A stretch of 64,000 bases of DNA from Methanocellaceae archaeon UBA148. Its GTDB lineage: Archaea; Halobacteriota; UBA148. How positions within the stretch are numbered: position 1 is the stretch's first letter; the number at the start of each line of letters is the position of its first letter. The stretch spans positions 84,353 to 148,352 of the forward strand of contig DAHG01000025.1 of assembly GCA_002495885.1 (NCBI GenBank). Reading direction: 5' to 3'. The notes beneath the pieces were generated by a model. The model saw nothing but the letters and a program-made list of their open reading frames with translations, was not told the DNA's origin and did not search any database. The translations under genes and the position numbers were made by a program. This document shows, piece after piece, positions 1 through 12,003 of this stretch.

Positions 1-830
1 GCGTCAGATGTCCACCCTACCTCGAGTGTGAGAAGGCAATATGGGCTGGTCATAGGTTGAAGGACACATATGCAGACTTTGAGGATGAGGCACGCATGAT
101 ATACCACATAATAATGGAAGTGCTTAGCGAGGGAGACGCAGACGGCGCTCCTTTTACCTTCCCACTAGTGACCACAGCTATCACCTCAGACCTGGGACAG
201 AAAAGGATCCATTGTGGATAGTCACGATGAAGGCCACAGCCAGCACAGGTGCGCCCTATTTTTTAAACCTAATAACAGACTATCTTAAAGAAAATTTTGT
301 TCAGGCCATGTGTTGCGGGCTTCTCGTTACTCACTCCAGATGCGTATGGTCGGCAGGAGGGATGGGCACAGGCTCAAACAAAGTAATCACATTGAATCTT
401 CCGAGAATTGCCCTCGAAAGCAAGGATGAGTCTGGTTTTTTGAGTTACTAGAAGATAAAATGGAGATCGCTAGGGTAGGATTAATTCAGAGCAATAAAAT
501 CATAAAGAGATCATTGGACGAATGGCAGATCCTGCCGTGGCTGAAGATGGAGACCAAGGAGGTCCAACCGTACTATGATTTTGAGCAAAGAAGACTGACA
601 TTTGGAATAGTCGGGCTGAAAATGAATGTCTGCTGAATCTGATCCATGAGCCCATTATATCAAAGGATGGTTACAAGTTTGGGCTGAGAATGATCAAACA
701 CATGTATGAGCAGATCAAAAATTATTCTGAAAAAGATGGCGTGACCTATACATTCGAGCAAACGCCTGCTGAATCGGCTGCACATCGACTTGCCATGATC
801 AGCTTTGCTCCTAAAGTCCGTTTTTCAGCC
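1..830 (+). pseudogene. nrdD: Anaerobic (class III) ribonucleoside-triphosphate reductase NrdD-like gene. It is cut by the left window edge, broken into at least 4 reading frames, and its 3' end is replaced by the repeat element at 801-950.
   Basis: Translated pieces follow NrdD order in shifting frames: ...GDADGAPFTFP (frame 3, 3-218), VITLNLPRIALESK (212-451), KMEIARVGLIQ... (460-630), and GLNECLLNLIHEP...YTFEQTPAESAAHRLAMI (about 600-800). NLPRIAL and the TPAE/TPSE block are conserved NrdD motifs in that order. No glycine-radical C-terminus is present. Confidence 0.5.
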
Positions 831-950
831 GACATTAGGAGCAAGTTCAATTCGCTATGAGCTTTGCTCCTAAAGTCCGTTTTTCAGCCGACATTAGGAG
901 CAAGTTCAATACTTTAGGAGCAAACACGACTTTAGGAGCAAGGCTGAGTG
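801..950. repeat. Palindromic repeat element in about 2.5 tandem copies. The core is GCTCCTAAAGTCCGTTTTTCAGCCGACATTAGGAGCA, which contains nested inverted repeats (gctcctaa...ttaggagc and tcctaaagtc...gactttagga).
   Basis: Near-identical copies at 801-850 and 851-900, plus partial inverted copies at 908-945. A related copy lies at 14771-14830. Confidence 0.6.
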
Positions 951-1029
951 AGGCGATAATGTTAAATACGAAGGTAAATAATGTAATTTCAAACAACTGA
1001 TTTTGTTAATTTTAGTCAGGTGAATATAT

Positions 1030-1659
1030 ATGAGCGTTGAACAATACAAAGGTACTACAACGGTTGGACTGGTTTGTGATGACGGCGTTGTTTTAGCTAC
1101 TGAAAGACGAGCAACTATGGGTAATTTCATCGCAAGCAGGGATGCCAAAAAAATATATCAAATCGATGACCAAGTGGGCATGACCACTGCAGGCATGGTT
1201 GGAGACGCACAAACCCTAGCAAGAACTATTGCAGTGGAGTCCAAGCTCTATAAAATACGAAGACAAGAGCCAATGACTGTAGGTGCTACAGTAACGCTAC
1301 TGTCCAATATCCTAAGTGGTAATAGGTATTTTCCATACTACGTACAACTAATCATAGGTGGAGTGGATAAAAAAGGCCCCAGTCTGTATTCATTAGATGC
1401 ATTTGGTGGTCAGCTCATGGAAAAAAAGGCTGTTGCAACAGGGTCTGGTTCACCAACCGCATACGGTGTCTTAGAGGACAGGTATGTGGATGACATGCCA
1501 ATAAATAAGGGTGTTACCCTTGCTATACGTGCCTTACATACTGCTATGAAGCGAGACTCAGCTTCTGGTGACAGTATAGATGTGGTGAAGATCACATCGA
1601 AGGGATATGAAACCGTGGATGAGGCAAATGTCTCTAAAATAATCAAAGAACTAAAATAG
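1030..1659 (+). CDS. psmB: Proteasome beta subunit
   Basis: 209 aa. Propeptide followed by [23 protein letters not shown], the Ntn-hydrolase Thr active-site context typical of archaeal PsmB. Confidence 0.9.
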   Translation: MSVEQYKGTTTVGLVCDDGVVLATERRATMGNFIASRDAKKIYQIDDQVGMTTAGMVGDAQTLARTIAVESKLYKIRRQEPMTVGATVTLLSNILSGNRYFPYYVQLIIGGVDKKGPSLYSLDAFGGQLMEKKAVATGSGSPTAYGVLEDRYVDDMPINKGVTLAIRALHTAMKRDSASGDSIDVVKITSKGYETVDEANVSKIIKELK

Positions 1660-1683
1660 CCTGTTCTTTTGAAGGAAAATTAA

Positions 1684-3588
1684 ATGTCAGTAGAAGAAGT
1701 TCTCAATGAACTTAAAGTGAGAGTCCAAGAGGTGCTTCCTGAGGGTATAACCATATCCAACATAGAATTCGAGGGACCAGAACTTGTCCTATACACAAAA
1801 GAGCCTCGAAAATTTGCAGATAACGGTGATATTCTTCGGGTGCTCGCAAAAGACCTGCGTAAGCGAGTTGTCGTAAGACCAGATCCCAGCGTTTTAGCCT
1901 CAGAAGAAGATGCCATCAAAAAGATCAGGGAGATCGTTCCCTCGGAAGCTGGAATTACCAATCAATATTTTGATACAAGTATAGGTGAGGTAATCATCGA
2001 GGCAGAAAAACTGGGCTTGGTGATCGGCAGACATGGGGCCATGCTTCGAGAAATCACCAAACACATTGGTTGGACTCCTAAGGTAGTAAGGGCACCACCA
2101 ATTGAGTCTTCCATAATCAAAAACGTTCGCCAGTATCTACGTTCTGAAAGGGATGCTAGAAAGGTCTTCCTAAGGCAAATTGGTAAGAAAATCCATCGGG
2201 ACGTAACATCTAAAGATTCGTGGACACGTGTTACAACCCTGGGTGGATGTAGGGAGGTCGGCAGAAGTTCGTTCATATTATCTACACCAGAGACGAGAGT
2301 GTTGATAGATTGTGGCATCAATGTTGGGTCTGAGAATGATGGCACCCCCTACCTATACGTGCCAGAGGCATGCCCAATTGATCAGATAGATGCCGTTGTG
2401 ATAACGCATGCCCACTTGGATCATGCTGGCTTGGTTCCATTGCTTTTCAAATATGGCTATGACGGCCCTGTCTATTTGACGGCCCCCACCAGAGACCTAA
2501 TGTCATTGCTACACTTGGATTATATCGAAGTTTCTGCTAGGGAAGGAAAGAAAACGCCTTACGAGTCATCGATGATCAGGGAAGGATTGAAACATACCAT
2601 AGCGCTGAACTATGGGGATGTCACTGACATAGCACCAGATGTAAGGTTGACACTTCACAACGCTGGTCACATACTTGGGTCATCGATAGTACACTTCCAC
2701 ATCGGTGAAGGTCTATATAATATTGCTTTTACAGGCGACTTCAAGTACGAGCCAACCAGACTATTCGATCCTGCTGTGAACGACTTCCCCCGATTGGAAA
2801 CGTTGATAATGGAGGCTACTTATGGGGGGGCTCAGGATAATCAACCCTCTCGTAGAGATGCAGAACGAGAGTTACATTCCATAATAAAAAGAACCATTGC
2901 CAGAAAAGGCAAAGTGATAATACCAGCATTCGCTGTGGGCAGAAGCCAGGAGGTCATGATAGTGCTTGAGGAAGCCATCCGAACTGGCCTCATCGATGAA
3001 GTTCCAGTTTACTTAGATGGCATGATCTGGGAGGCCACAGCTATTCACACGACATATCCAGAGTATCTGAATAATGACCTGCAGGAGTTAATATTCCATA
3101 GGGGATTGAACCCATTCTTATCGGATTGTTTTATCCAAGTGGAACCTGCGAAGCGCCAAGAGATCATTGCAGGGGGGCCCTCAGTGATACTTGCTACATC
3201 AGGCATGCTAAATGGGGGGCCTGTTATGGAATACCTTAGGGCATTAGGTCCTGATGAGCTAAACACGCTCGTATTTGTAGGTTATCAGGCAGAGGGTACG
3301 TTAGGAAGAAGAGTCCAGAAGGGATGGGGTGAAGTTCCATTTTCAATAGAAGGAAGGACTGAAACCATTCAGATCAAGTTGGAAGTGGCGACCGTGGACG
3401 GATTTTCCGGCCATTCAGATAGAAGACAGCTAATAGAGTATATCAGAAGAATGGTTCCACGTCCAGAAAGAATATTGACTAGTCATGGTGATGCGAACAA
3501 TTGCATAGAGCTAGCAAGCGCCATACATAAAAGATACGGGATAGAGACAAGGGCACCAATGAACTTGGAAACGATGCGGTTCATCTGA
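1684..3588 (+). CDS. fttA: Archaeal CPSF1-type beta-CASP ribonuclease with N-terminal KH domains and a metallo-beta-lactamase domain (aCPSF1/FttA)
   Basis: 634 aa. It has the HAHLDHAG metallo-beta-lactamase motif, a KH-like N-terminus, and sits immediately downstream of psmB. Confidence 0.88.
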   Translation: MSVEEVLNELKVRVQEVLPEGITISNIEFEGPELVLYTKEPRKFADNGDILRVLAKDLRKRVVVRPDPSVLASEEDAIKKIREIVPSEAGITNQYFDTSIGEVIIEAEKLGLVIGRHGAMLREITKHIGWTPKVVRAPPIESSIIKNVRQYLRSERDARKVFLRQIGKKIHRDVTSKDSWTRVTTLGGCREVGRSSFILSTPETRVLIDCGINVGSENDGTPYLYVPEACPIDQIDAVVITHAHLDHAGLVPLLFKYGYDGPVYLTAPTRDLMSLLHLDYIEVSAREGKKTPYESSMIREGLKHTIALNYGDVTDIAPDVRLTLHNAGHILGSSIVHFHIGEGLYNIAFTGDFKYEPTRLFDPAVNDFPRLETLIMEATYGGAQDNQPSRRDAERELHSIIKRTIARKGKVIIPAFAVGRSQEVMIVLEEAIRTGLIDEVPVYLDGMIWEATAIHTTYPEYLNNDLQELIFHRGLNPFLSDCFIQVEPAKRQEIIAGGPSVILATSGMLNGGPVMEYLRALGPDELNTLVFVGYQAEGTLGRRVQKGWGEVPFSIEGRTETIQIKLEVATVDGFSGHSDRRQLIEYIRRMVPRPERILTSHGDANNCIELASAIHKRYGIETRAPMNLETMRFI

Positions 3589-3706
3589 GTTTGTGACATC
3601 TAAAATATTTTTTGTAAAGTAAGTAGGTAGTATCCTGCAAAAACTATCTAACGATAAAAATAGGGCACGTCCTTTGGAGCTTAAGTAGGGTTCATTATAG
3701 GGTTCA

Positions 3707-4354
3707 TTATTTTGAGGGCAAACTCTTGAACTCACACAAGTCGCCCAACGGACATTCGCCACATCTAGGGCGCCTCGATCGACAATATTCCCTGCCAAAT
3801 GCGATTAGTGCACTATGCGCTGAGCCTAATTTCCTTGGGGGAATCTGGCTTTCTAAGGTAGCCTTAACCGCTTCATGATCTGCATTTTTTGGGGCCAGAC
3901 CGAGCCTATGAGCTACTCGAAACACATGAGTGTCCACCGGCAGGACATTATGTGCACCTGAGAAGAGAAGCACGCAATCAGCGGTCTTTGAACCTATACC
4001 ATTGATGCTCAACAGGTCTGCACGAGCGACATCGACATTTTTTTGCACTACCTTGTTTAGGTCACCATATTTCTCGGCGATCAACTTTGATATGTCTATA
4101 ATTCGTCTAGCCTTGATATTATGCAAACCACCTGGTCTTAATAAAGTTGCGAGTTTGCCTACGTCAGCTTTAGAAATCTCTTCTGGAGTCTGAAATCTTG
4201 AGAAGAGATTCCTTGAGGCAATTTCCATATTGCGATCATTTGTGTTCTGTGATAGAATTGTCCTGACCAAAACGTGGAAGGCATTATCCTCCTTCCAGGT
4301 GAGTTGTCCGTAGATCTCGATCAGCCGATCCACAACTTTTTTCGCTTTGGTCAT
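3707..4354 (-). CDS. nth: Endonuclease III (HhH-GPD DNA glycosylase with a 4Fe-4S cluster)
   Basis: 215 aa. HhH-GPD region (LLSINGIGSKTADCVLLF) and a C-terminal CRSRRPRCGECPLGDLC cluster. Confidence 0.85.
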   Translation of the reverse strand: MTKAKKVVDRLIEIYGQLTWKEDNAFHVLVRTILSQNTNDRNMEIASRNLFSRFQTPEEISKADVGKLATLLRPGGLHNIKARRIIDISKLIAEKYGDLNKVVQKNVDVARADLLSINGIGSKTADCVLLFSGAHNVLPVDTHVFRVAHRLGLAPKNADHEAVKATLESQIPPRKLGSAHSALIAFGREYCRSRRPRCGECPLGDLCEFKSLPSK

Positions 4355-4372
4355 GTAGTGTACGTAATGTAA

Positions 4373-6019
4373 TCACATCCTCATTGGTGGCATTCCACCT
4401 GGTGGCATCCCCCCCTCTGCCCCCAGTGGGGTCTCTAGATCCATCTTGTCAGCTGCGATCACATCATCTATCCTTAGAATCATGACCGCTGCCTCTGTTG
4501 CAGAGGAAATGGCTTGGGTTTTCACCCTCAGGGGTTCGACCACACCGGCTTCCATCATGTCGATGACTTTTCCCTTGTAAACATCCAGTCCGGCGTTCTT
4601 TTTGCCCTTCTCATGCTGGGATCGCAACGCAACGAGCATGTCTATCGGATTCAGCCCGGCATTCTCTGCGAGAGCTCTTGGAATGGATTCCATTGCATTT
4701 GCAAACTTGGTAACAGCCAGCTGTTCTTTTCCACTTAGAGATGCACTATACTTTCTTAGCCTAATTGCCAACTCTACTTCAGAAGATCCTCCCCCAGAAA
4801 CGATCTTTCCCTCTTCTATTGATACTCTTACAACTCTTAGTGCATCTTGCAAAGCCCTCTTAAGTTCATCAACAACTTGATCGGTTCCGCCCCTTAGGAA
4901 CAAGGAAACTGCCTTTGGATTGTCACACTTCTCTACAAAAACCATCTTCTGACCAGCGAACTCCCTCTCCTCGACCAATCCTGCTTTGCCCAGATCGCTC
5001 GCCGTGATGTCATAGACTTTGTTAACTATGTTAGCACCGGTTGCCCTTGCCAATTTCTGCATATAGGTTTTCCTAACCCGTTTGACCGCCACTATTCCAG
5101 CCTTGGATAAATAATGTTGCGTCATTTCATCGATGCCCTTTTGACAGAATAACACGTTTGCTCCACTACTGGATATCTTATCAGCCATACCTTTCAGCAT
5201 TTTCTCTTCTCCTGCAAGGAAATCGCGGAGTTGATCCGGCGATTTGACTGATATCCCAATATCGGTCTTAGTAGGCTTTATCTCAAGTGAAGCGTTGACC
5301 AGGGCAATCTTTGCATTTTCCACCTTCTTTGGCAGATTTGAGTGCAGCATTCCTTTATCAATTATAATTCCTTTTATCAGCTCTGAATTGGCAGTATTGC
5401 TCCCTGTTTTCTTCTCGACAGAGATATCCTTTTCATTCACAACATATTTGCCCTCAACTTTTTGAGCAACCGATAACACAGCCTTCACCGCCAGCTCAGC
5501 TAAACTATCTCTTGCTGAACCCTTTCCAGTCATCGATGTTACCGCTATCTTTTTGAGAGCACTTTCATCACCAGGAGTCAAAGTTGTCGCAATAGAGTCC
5601 AGGATTTCTTTTGCCTTTTCTGCAGCCATTCTGTAGCCAGATGTTATGATCGTCGGATGCACTCTCTGTTCTATCAAATCCTCAGCCTGCTTCAGCAATT
5701 CTCCTGCGATAACTACTGCGGTGGTGGTGCCATCCCCGACTTCATTATCTTGGGTCTTAGCTACCTCTACGATAATCTTCGCAGCAGGATGCTGAAGTTC
5801 TATCCTCCTCAAGATCGCCGCACCATCATTGGTGATCAAGGCATCATCATTCGGAAACATAAGCATCTTGTCCATCCCCCTGGGACCCAGGGTCGTGCGG
5901 ACTAAAGAAGCAATCGATTTAGCAGCAGTGAAGTTCCTGTTCTGCGCATCTCTTCCTTTCGTTACTTCGGTTGAATCTGCTAATATTATTACGGGCGTTC
6001 CACCCAGTTGTCCTGCCAT
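4373..6019 (-). CDS. ths: Thermosome subunit (group II chaperonin)
   Basis: 548 aa. Contains the GPRGMDKM signature and a C-terminal [11 protein letters not shown] tail. Confidence 0.92.
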   Translation of the reverse strand: MAGQLGGTPVIILADSTEVTKGRDAQNRNFTAAKSIASLVRTTLGPRGMDKMLMFPNDDALITNDGAAILRRIELQHPAAKIIVEVAKTQDNEVGDGTTTAVVIAGELLKQAEDLIEQRVHPTIITSGYRMAAEKAKEILDSIATTLTPGDESALKKIAVTSMTGKGSARDSLAELAVKAVLSVAQKVEGKYVVNEKDISVEKKTGSNTANSELIKGIIIDKGMLHSNLPKKVENAKIALVNASLEIKPTKTDIGISVKSPDQLRDFLAGEEKMLKGMADKISSSGANVLFCQKGIDEMTQHYLSKAGIVAVKRVRKTYMQKLARATGANIVNKVYDITASDLGKAGLVEEREFAGQKMVFVEKCDNPKAVSLFLRGGTDQVVDELKRALQDALRVVRVSIEEGKIVSGGGSSEVELAIRLRKYSASLSGKEQLAVTKFANAMESIPRALAENAGLNPIDMLVALRSQHEKGKKNAGLDVYKGKVIDMMEAGVVEPLRVKTQAISSATEAAVMILRIDDVIAADKMDLETPLGAEGGMPPGGMPPMRM

Positions 6020-6096
6020 TTATCATACCTCTTTTGATTTATAACACCAAATTGATTGTTTGTAGTTCTATATAAAATTTATAGTTGGGTGAGGAG

Positions 6097-6186
6097 TTTG
6101 CACCTAAAGTCCATTTTGGCCCTAAAGTCTGGAGTCTGACCCTAAAGTCATGTTTTTTCCCTACTTTTCCCTATTTTAGGTGCAAA
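6097..6186. repeat. MITE-like element with terminal inverted repeats (ttgcacctaaa ... tttaggtgcaa) and three internal direct CCTAAAGTC repeats. It is related to the 801-950 family.
   Basis: Read directly from the sequence. It lies in the thermosome-ilvD intergenic region. Confidence 0.5.
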
Positions 6187-6330
6187 ACTAGTTAGTAGTA
6201 TTGGTAATTCTTTGAGGGATATTTATGAGTGTTAACTATCGTGGGATGTATATCTTTGCTCCAAGGCTTGGCATCTACTTCTTAAATTATCCTAGCAAGA
6301 TTTATAATCTTTTAAATTTATGCTAATTTT

Positions 6331-6519
6331 GTGGTTGAAGACGAAAGCAATGAAGATGTAATTGAAGAAGAAAGCGACGAAGATCTAGAAGAGTTTATAG
6401 AGAAATTTAAAAAAGAAGTAATTAGACTAGAAAAGGAACTATCACCTTTGATGAATGAGAAAGTCACCAAAGAAAAGATTGGCATTTTTTTTATAACGCA
6501 TTCTATTCTAATAAATTAG
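6331..6519 (+). CDS. Hypothetical small acidic protein (coiled-coil-like)
   Basis: 62 aa ORF rich in Glu/Asp. No recognisable family. Confidence 0.2.
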   Translation: MVEDESNEDVIEEESDEDLEEFIEKFKKEVIRLEKELSPLMNEKVTKEKIGIFFITHSILIN

Positions 6520-7029
6520 CAACAGTTACAAAGTGGATCGCCTATGCTACGGTGATTTTAGCTGGTGCAACTATATTGCAAACCATAAATGCTATTTATG
6601 GTCCAGAACTTGCTAATAAGTACGTAGAAATCATAAGATTCATTATTATTATAGCAATAGTTTCCATTTTCTTGAAATCTCTTTGGGACCTAGTAAAGTC
6701 GTTTTTAGTCGGTTTAAAAGAGTTTGGGTTAAAATAAAAACCAGAAAATGATGCAATATCTCGGCAAACTCTCTCATCACTTCTTTCAGAAACTTCGCAA
6801 AATCATGTATTTCTCAGACTTTATGGCTGGCATTTTGGATTAATGTTACCCACTTGTTATCTCCAAAAACCACTATTCCCCAAGATTCAGCTGGTGTTCT
6901 ACCATTTAGGGCTTGATGCAGTCTTATGAAATCGTAATGCACAAGCCAGCCTTTAAGAAATATCTCAGTAAGTCATCTTCACCGGTACCACGCTATAGAA
7001 ACCTTTTTCAAAGCCTAACCGTCTATTAG

Positions 7030-8694
7030 GTGGGGGAATTTAGTTTGAGAAGCGATTCCATAAAAAAGGGTCTTGAGAGGGCTCCACACCGGGCCCTGCT
7101 TCATGCTTGTGGCTTGACAAGCGAGGATTTTGAAAAGCCCTTTGTTGCGGTCATAAACAGTTATAACGAAATTGTTCCTGGCCATATTCATCTTCGCAGG
7201 CTAGCTGAAGAGGTAAAAAAAGGAATAAGCAACAGCGGAGGGGTGCCATTTGAGATGAACACGATGGCTATCTGCGATGGATTGGCCATGGGCCATGATG
7301 GCATGCATTATTCGCTCCCCAGCCGAGAAATAATTGCAGACTCCATAGAACTATGGGTTCAAGCACATGCATTAGACGGCATGGTTCTAATTCCGAGCTG
7401 TGATAAGGTTGTACCGGGCCACCTGATGGCAGCAGCAAGAGTGAACATTCCGTCGATCGCCATTACTGGTGGTCCGATGAAACCAGGCAAATTTCATGGA
7501 GAGAATGCAGACGTTATAACGGTTTTTGAGGCAATGAGTAAGACCGCAGCAGGCATGATGACCCTGGAGGAACTGGGATCGCTCGAACAGGTTGCATGTC
7601 CCGGTGCAGGTAGCTGTGCTGGCATGTTCACTGCCAACACCATGGCTTGCGTGACAGAAGCGTTGGGCATGTCGCTTCCCGGCTGTGCAACAGCGCACGC
7701 AGTTGATAATAAAAAAATGGACTTGGCTTTTGAGACTGGGAAACAAGCGATGCAACTGATCGAAAGAGGCACCTTGCCCCTTGATATCATGACAGAGGAT
7801 GCTTTTAGCAATGCGATTATAGTAGATTTGGCTCTTGGAGGGTCCACCAATACGGCACTTCATTTACCTGCAATCGCACATGAAGCAGGCATTGATCTCG
7901 GGCTGAAAGTCTTCGATGAACTGAGTAAAGTCACCCCCCATTTATGCAATATGAGGCCAGGTGGACCATTTACTATGGAGGACCTTGATAAAGCCGGCGG
8001 CATCCCTGCCGTCATGAAGTGGCTAGAGCCGAAATTGTTCAGAAAAGCGCTAACCGTATCGGATAAAACGTTGGGAGAGAATCTGAAGAATGTTAATATT
8101 GCCAATAACGAGGTCATCAGACCGCTTAACAGACCCGTTCATTCAGAAGGCGGGATAGCAATCCTCAAAGGAAATATCGCACCTGGTGGTGCCATTGTCA
8201 AACGTACAGCTGTTAACGAAAACATGTTAGTTCATGAAGGTCCAGCTCGCGTATTTGATGGTGAGGAGGATGCGGTTGCCGCAATTCTTAACGGATGCAT
8301 AAAAAAAGGAGATATTGTCGTTATTAGATATGAAGGGCCAAAAGGCGGACCTGGAATGCCAGAGATGCTGGTGCCCACATCAGCTATAGCAGGCATGGGC
8401 TTATCAGATTCCGTTGCACTGATAACAGATGGAAGATTCTCTGGAGGTACACGAGGATCTTGCATTGGCCATATATCCCCAGAGGCATTTGAAGGCGGAC
8501 CCATAGCCCTTATTAAAGATGAAGATATCATCTCGATAAACATCCCTGCTAGACTGATTGAAGCTGAGCTTAGTGAAGGTGAGTTAGAGCAGCGTAGAAA
8601 AAAATGGTCTCAGCCAAAACAAAAACTGAGTGGTTATCTTGCCAGATATATAAAGCATGTTTCATCTGCGGATAAAGGTGGAATTTTAAGATAA
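7030..8694 (+). CDS. ilvD: Dihydroxy-acid dehydratase
   Basis: 554 aa. IlvD/EDD family motifs (CDGLAMGH-like region, [15 protein letters not shown]). Confidence 0.9.
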   Translation: MGEFSLRSDSIKKGLERAPHRALLHACGLTSEDFEKPFVAVINSYNEIVPGHIHLRRLAEEVKKGISNSGGVPFEMNTMAICDGLAMGHDGMHYSLPSREIIADSIELWVQAHALDGMVLIPSCDKVVPGHLMAAARVNIPSIAITGGPMKPGKFHGENADVITVFEAMSKTAAGMMTLEELGSLEQVACPGAGSCAGMFTANTMACVTEALGMSLPGCATAHAVDNKKMDLAFETGKQAMQLIERGTLPLDIMTEDAFSNAIIVDLALGGSTNTALHLPAIAHEAGIDLGLKVFDELSKVTPHLCNMRPGGPFTMEDLDKAGGIPAVMKWLEPKLFRKALTVSDKTLGENLKNVNIANNEVIRPLNRPVHSEGGIAILKGNIAPGGAIVKRTAVNENMLVHEGPARVFDGEEDAVAAILNGCIKKGDIVVIRYEGPKGGPGMPEMLVPTSAIAGMGLSDSVALITDGRFSGGTRGSCIGHISPEAFEGGPIALIKDEDIISINIPARLIEAELSEGELEQRRKKWSQPKQKLSGYLARYIKHVSSADKGGILR

Positions 8695-9152
8695 TATCCG
8701 GTTTGTGGTTTCAGAAACAGCCTTTATTATCGGTAGAATCTTATTGATCCAAGAAAATATTCAATTTCGTTATTCGTTATATGCCTTTGTGCATCCCAGA
8801 AAACCACACATACTCCTTTAAAAACATTAAACTAGGATATTAACCAGGATATTATTAAGGGATAAAAATCAACAGAAATTGAAAAAGGTGTATCGAAAAA
8901 GGAAGTTCTTCTTAAGTATTAGAATCCAAGCAATTAGCGTCTAAACAAAGTGAAATAACCCGGTAGCTCCTTCAGTTCATATCAAAGATTCGATGCTCTT
9001 GACCCTTATAGCTAAAACTTTGCTGGGATTTCCAATAGGATCTACATGATGAGAGGAGATAATCTCAAAAACAAGTGATTTAGTCATATAAACGAAAGAT
9101 ATAAAAAAAATGAATCATAAATGTAAAAAAGGGTATATCAAAGCAGAAAGAG

Positions 9153-9767
9153 ATGAATAATACGAAACGGAACGTGGGTTATCTCATGGTAGCAATTCTG
9201 ATAATCGGATTAGTCCTTATGTTGCCAGTAAACGTTCAAGAAACCTACGATGCTACTGAGAGGTGCATCGAAAAAGAGCCCTATACTGCTATTGAGACAT
9301 ATTACGTAAAAGAACCTTATACAGCATACGTACCGTTAAGTTATACTGTACTAGATCATATACACTTTGACCTTATTCATCGTGACTTTTACACTCGTGA
9401 CAATATCCCCCATGACTGGATCTCTGGATGCGATGTTTCGGTGATAGTTAAAAATATGGACAATGTAGGAGGGAATTTGTGGGTAACATTATATGTAACA
9501 ACATCAACAGGGTCATATGAGTGCACAACTGATTCAGTGTTTTTAAAAGGAGGAGATAGGCACGAATTCCTTTGCACATTTCAAGGCGATTACAACTCTT
9601 CTACTTATGAGGTACACCGAACAACAAAAGAAGTGATTGAATATCGTGATGTGCCTAAAGAAAGAACAGTAACTAAATATCGTGATATGATTAAAGAAAG
9701 AATGGTATTAAAAACGAAAATAGTGCAGAAACCCATCTACGAACTCATTTATTCTTTTCTGTCGTGA
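9153..9767 (+). CDS. Hypothetical secreted or membrane-anchored protein with short internal repeats
   Basis: 204 aa. N-terminal hydrophobic segment, then repeated EPYTA..ETYYVKEPYTAYVP and KYRDMIKER / EYRDVPKER segments. Confidence 0.35.
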   Translation: MNNTKRNVGYLMVAILIIGLVLMLPVNVQETYDATERCIEKEPYTAIETYYVKEPYTAYVPLSYTVLDHIHFDLIHRDFYTRDNIPHDWISGCDVSVIVKNMDNVGGNLWVTLYVTTSTGSYECTTDSVFLKGGDRHEFLCTFQGDYNSSTYEVHRTTKEVIEYRDVPKERTVTKYRDMIKERMVLKTKIVQKPIYELIYSFLS

Positions 9768-9956
9768 TTAATTTTATCAAATAATCTTTTATTAGTAAAC
9801 GTTCTCGACCATTTGTCTGACATGTAATAGGCTATTCTAAATCATTTGACACTAACTTAGGGATTAATGGCTGCTAACAAGAATCTACGCATTTAGTGTA
9901 TCTTTATGATGCATGGTACCTAAATTAAAGGATACTGAAAAAAGGAGAGAACTGAT

Positions 9957-11783
9957 TTGGAGCAGGCAACACCACTTCTTCTGACTTTAATTCTTGTTTT
10001 AGCAGCAGGAGTTGTAGCTCAAGTCCTTTCAGAAAAATCGAGAATCCCGAGTATCGTGTTTCTCCTAACTGTTGGTATGATACTGGGTCCTGAAGTTGCT
10101 GGCATCCTAGATCCTAACCAGTTTGGAGTTGGGCTGGAAGTGATAGTTACCCTTTCGGTCATAATAGTAGTGTTTGAAGGTGGCATCAACCTTGATTTAC
10201 ACTACCTAAAGGTTGTTTCTAAGAGCATCATGAAGTTAATTACTCTGGGCGTGTTCATCACCTTTATATTCAGCGCGATTGCTGCCTACTCCATAGTCGC
10301 CATCCCATGGCAAATGGCACTACTGTTCGGGGCGATCATAGCGGCAACCGGACCGACCGTTATATCCCCCATTATGAAACAAGTTAAAGTACGAAGACGA
10401 GTTAGCACACTCTTGGAGGCAGAAGGGGTTTTAAACGATCCGATAAGTATCATACTTGCGGCCGTAGTTTTCATGGCAATCATATCACCAAATGCACCCC
10501 TTGAGCAGGTTCTTTTCTGGTTCGGCTCGAGAGCTGGAGTTGGAATATTAACGGGGATAACATGCGGCGCAATCACAGCGTTTACACTTAAAAGGCTTGT
10601 TACTAAGAGGCATGCTCACATTTTCACGATTACCATGGCTCTCGTGACTTTTGCGGTAGCAGAGCTAATGATATCTGAGTCCGGAATCCTGGCGGTAGCA
10701 ATAGCTGCGATCACCGTTGGAAACTCAGAGATACCGCACAAAGAATCGATCAAAGAGTTCAAAGGAGATCTGGCCTTCATCGTGCTATCGGTCGTATTCA
10801 TACTACTTGCTGCAATGCTGAGGTTTGATGACATATTTACCATTGGTTTAGGTGGAGTCTTGACCGCTCTCTCTTTGATGCTCATAATTCGACCTGCTGC
10901 AGTTTTTATCTCCACACAAGGCTCTACTTTAACTCAAAATGAAAAAATCTTTGTATCTGGGATTGGCCCTAAGGGAGTTGTTCCAGCTTCTATGGCGATG
11001 TACTTTGCCATAAAACTTGGAAAATTAGGGGTGAGCGGTAGCGAAGCAATTATGGGATTGATTTTTATCACCATCGTTCTAACAATTCTCATACAAGGTA
11101 CATATGCCAGATACTTGGCTAAAAAATTGGAGGTGATACCCATGGGAATATTAATTGTTGGCTCAGGCGGAGTAGGACTACTACTGGCTGAACGCCTTGA
11201 AAAAAGAGGGGAAGATGTTACCTTAATCGATACCAAAGAGTCGAACTGCAAAAGGGCAATGCAATTCGGAATCAAGGCCATTGTCGGTGATGGGGGGGAT
11301 ACTAACATGCTAAAAAAGGCTGGAATAGAGCGAGCGAAGTTCCTAGTTGCTGCTACTGACAAAGATGACACCAATCTGCTCGTATGCCAAATTTCAAAAA
11401 GCAGATTTGGGCTTGAAAATCTGGTTGCACTGGTAAACAACCCAGAAAATCTCCAAGCTTTTGAGGATTTAGGCATTAAAGCTATGAGCCCAGTTCTCTC
11501 GACAGCGGTGACCCTTGAAGACATGATTAAACGCCCAGAACTATTCTCTTTAATGGAGATGGGTCGAGGGGGAGATATTATAGAAGTCGTCGTGTCAAAT
11601 CCAAAGATAATTGGAAAGAAGATTTCTGAACTAAAGCTGCCAAAGGATTCCTTGATAGTATTGATCAAAGGAAAAGAAGGGTATTTTGTGCCTCATGGAG
11701 ATGCGATAGTTCAAATGGGAGATTCAGTCACAATACTTGGGGGAGAGAGAGCTGTGAGAGAGGCTGTAAAGCTTTTCGATTGA
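9957..11783 (+). CDS. Cation:proton antiporter (CPA family) fused to TrkA-N and TrkA-C (RCK) regulatory domains
   Basis: 608 aa. Multiple transmembrane helices, then a Rossmann GSGGVGLLLAERL segment and a C-terminal TrkA-C-like domain. Confidence 0.8.
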   Translation: MEQATPLLLTLILVLAAGVVAQVLSEKSRIPSIVFLLTVGMILGPEVAGILDPNQFGVGLEVIVTLSVIIVVFEGGINLDLHYLKVVSKSIMKLITLGVFITFIFSAIAAYSIVAIPWQMALLFGAIIAATGPTVISPIMKQVKVRRRVSTLLEAEGVLNDPISIILAAVVFMAIISPNAPLEQVLFWFGSRAGVGILTGITCGAITAFTLKRLVTKRHAHIFTITMALVTFAVAELMISESGILAVAIAAITVGNSEIPHKESIKEFKGDLAFIVLSVVFILLAAMLRFDDIFTIGLGGVLTALSLMLIIRPAAVFISTQGSTLTQNEKIFVSGIGPKGVVPASMAMYFAIKLGKLGVSGSEAIMGLIFITIVLTILIQGTYARYLAKKLEVIPMGILIVGSGGVGLLLAERLEKRGEDVTLIDTKESNCKRAMQFGIKAIVGDGGDTNMLKKAGIERAKFLVAATDKDDTNLLVCQISKSRFGLENLVALVNNPENLQAFEDLGIKAMSPVLSTAVTLEDMIKRPELFSLMEMGRGGDIIEVVVSNPKIIGKKISELKLPKDSLIVLIKGKEGYFVPHGDAIVQMGDSVTILGGERAVREAVKLFD

Positions 11784-11867
11784 ACAAAAAGCCATTTTGC
11801 TTTAAAAAGGCTTTATTATCTATTTATAAATAAGAAGGTGTAAAGTGCATAAATATAATTTAGGTTG

Positions 11868-11985
11868 GGTGATAGACAGCAAAAGTGAATTTTCAAAGGT
11901 AAAAAGTCTTGACCTATGATGGCGATGGTGATAGACAGCAAAAGTGAATTTTCAAAGGTAAAAAGTCTTGACCTATGATGGCGAT
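11868..11985. repeat. Perfect tandem duplication of a 59-bp unit (GGTGATAGACAGCAAAAGTGAATTTTCAAAGGTAAAAAGTCTTGACCTATGATGGCGAT, two copies)
   Basis: Copy 1 at 11868-11926 and copy 2 at 11927-11985 are identical. The region lies between two convergent genes. Confidence 0.85.
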
Positions 11986-12003
11986 TTAGAGGCATTGGTG
12001 GCA

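Noticed and set aside
7387-8543. Multiple minus-strand ORFs of 85-158 aa
   Set aside because: They are antisense to ilvD.
10934-11668. 244-aa minus-strand ORF
   Set aside because: It is antisense to the well-supported antiporter gene. Its low-complexity Ser/Ile-rich translation is typical of a shadow ORF.
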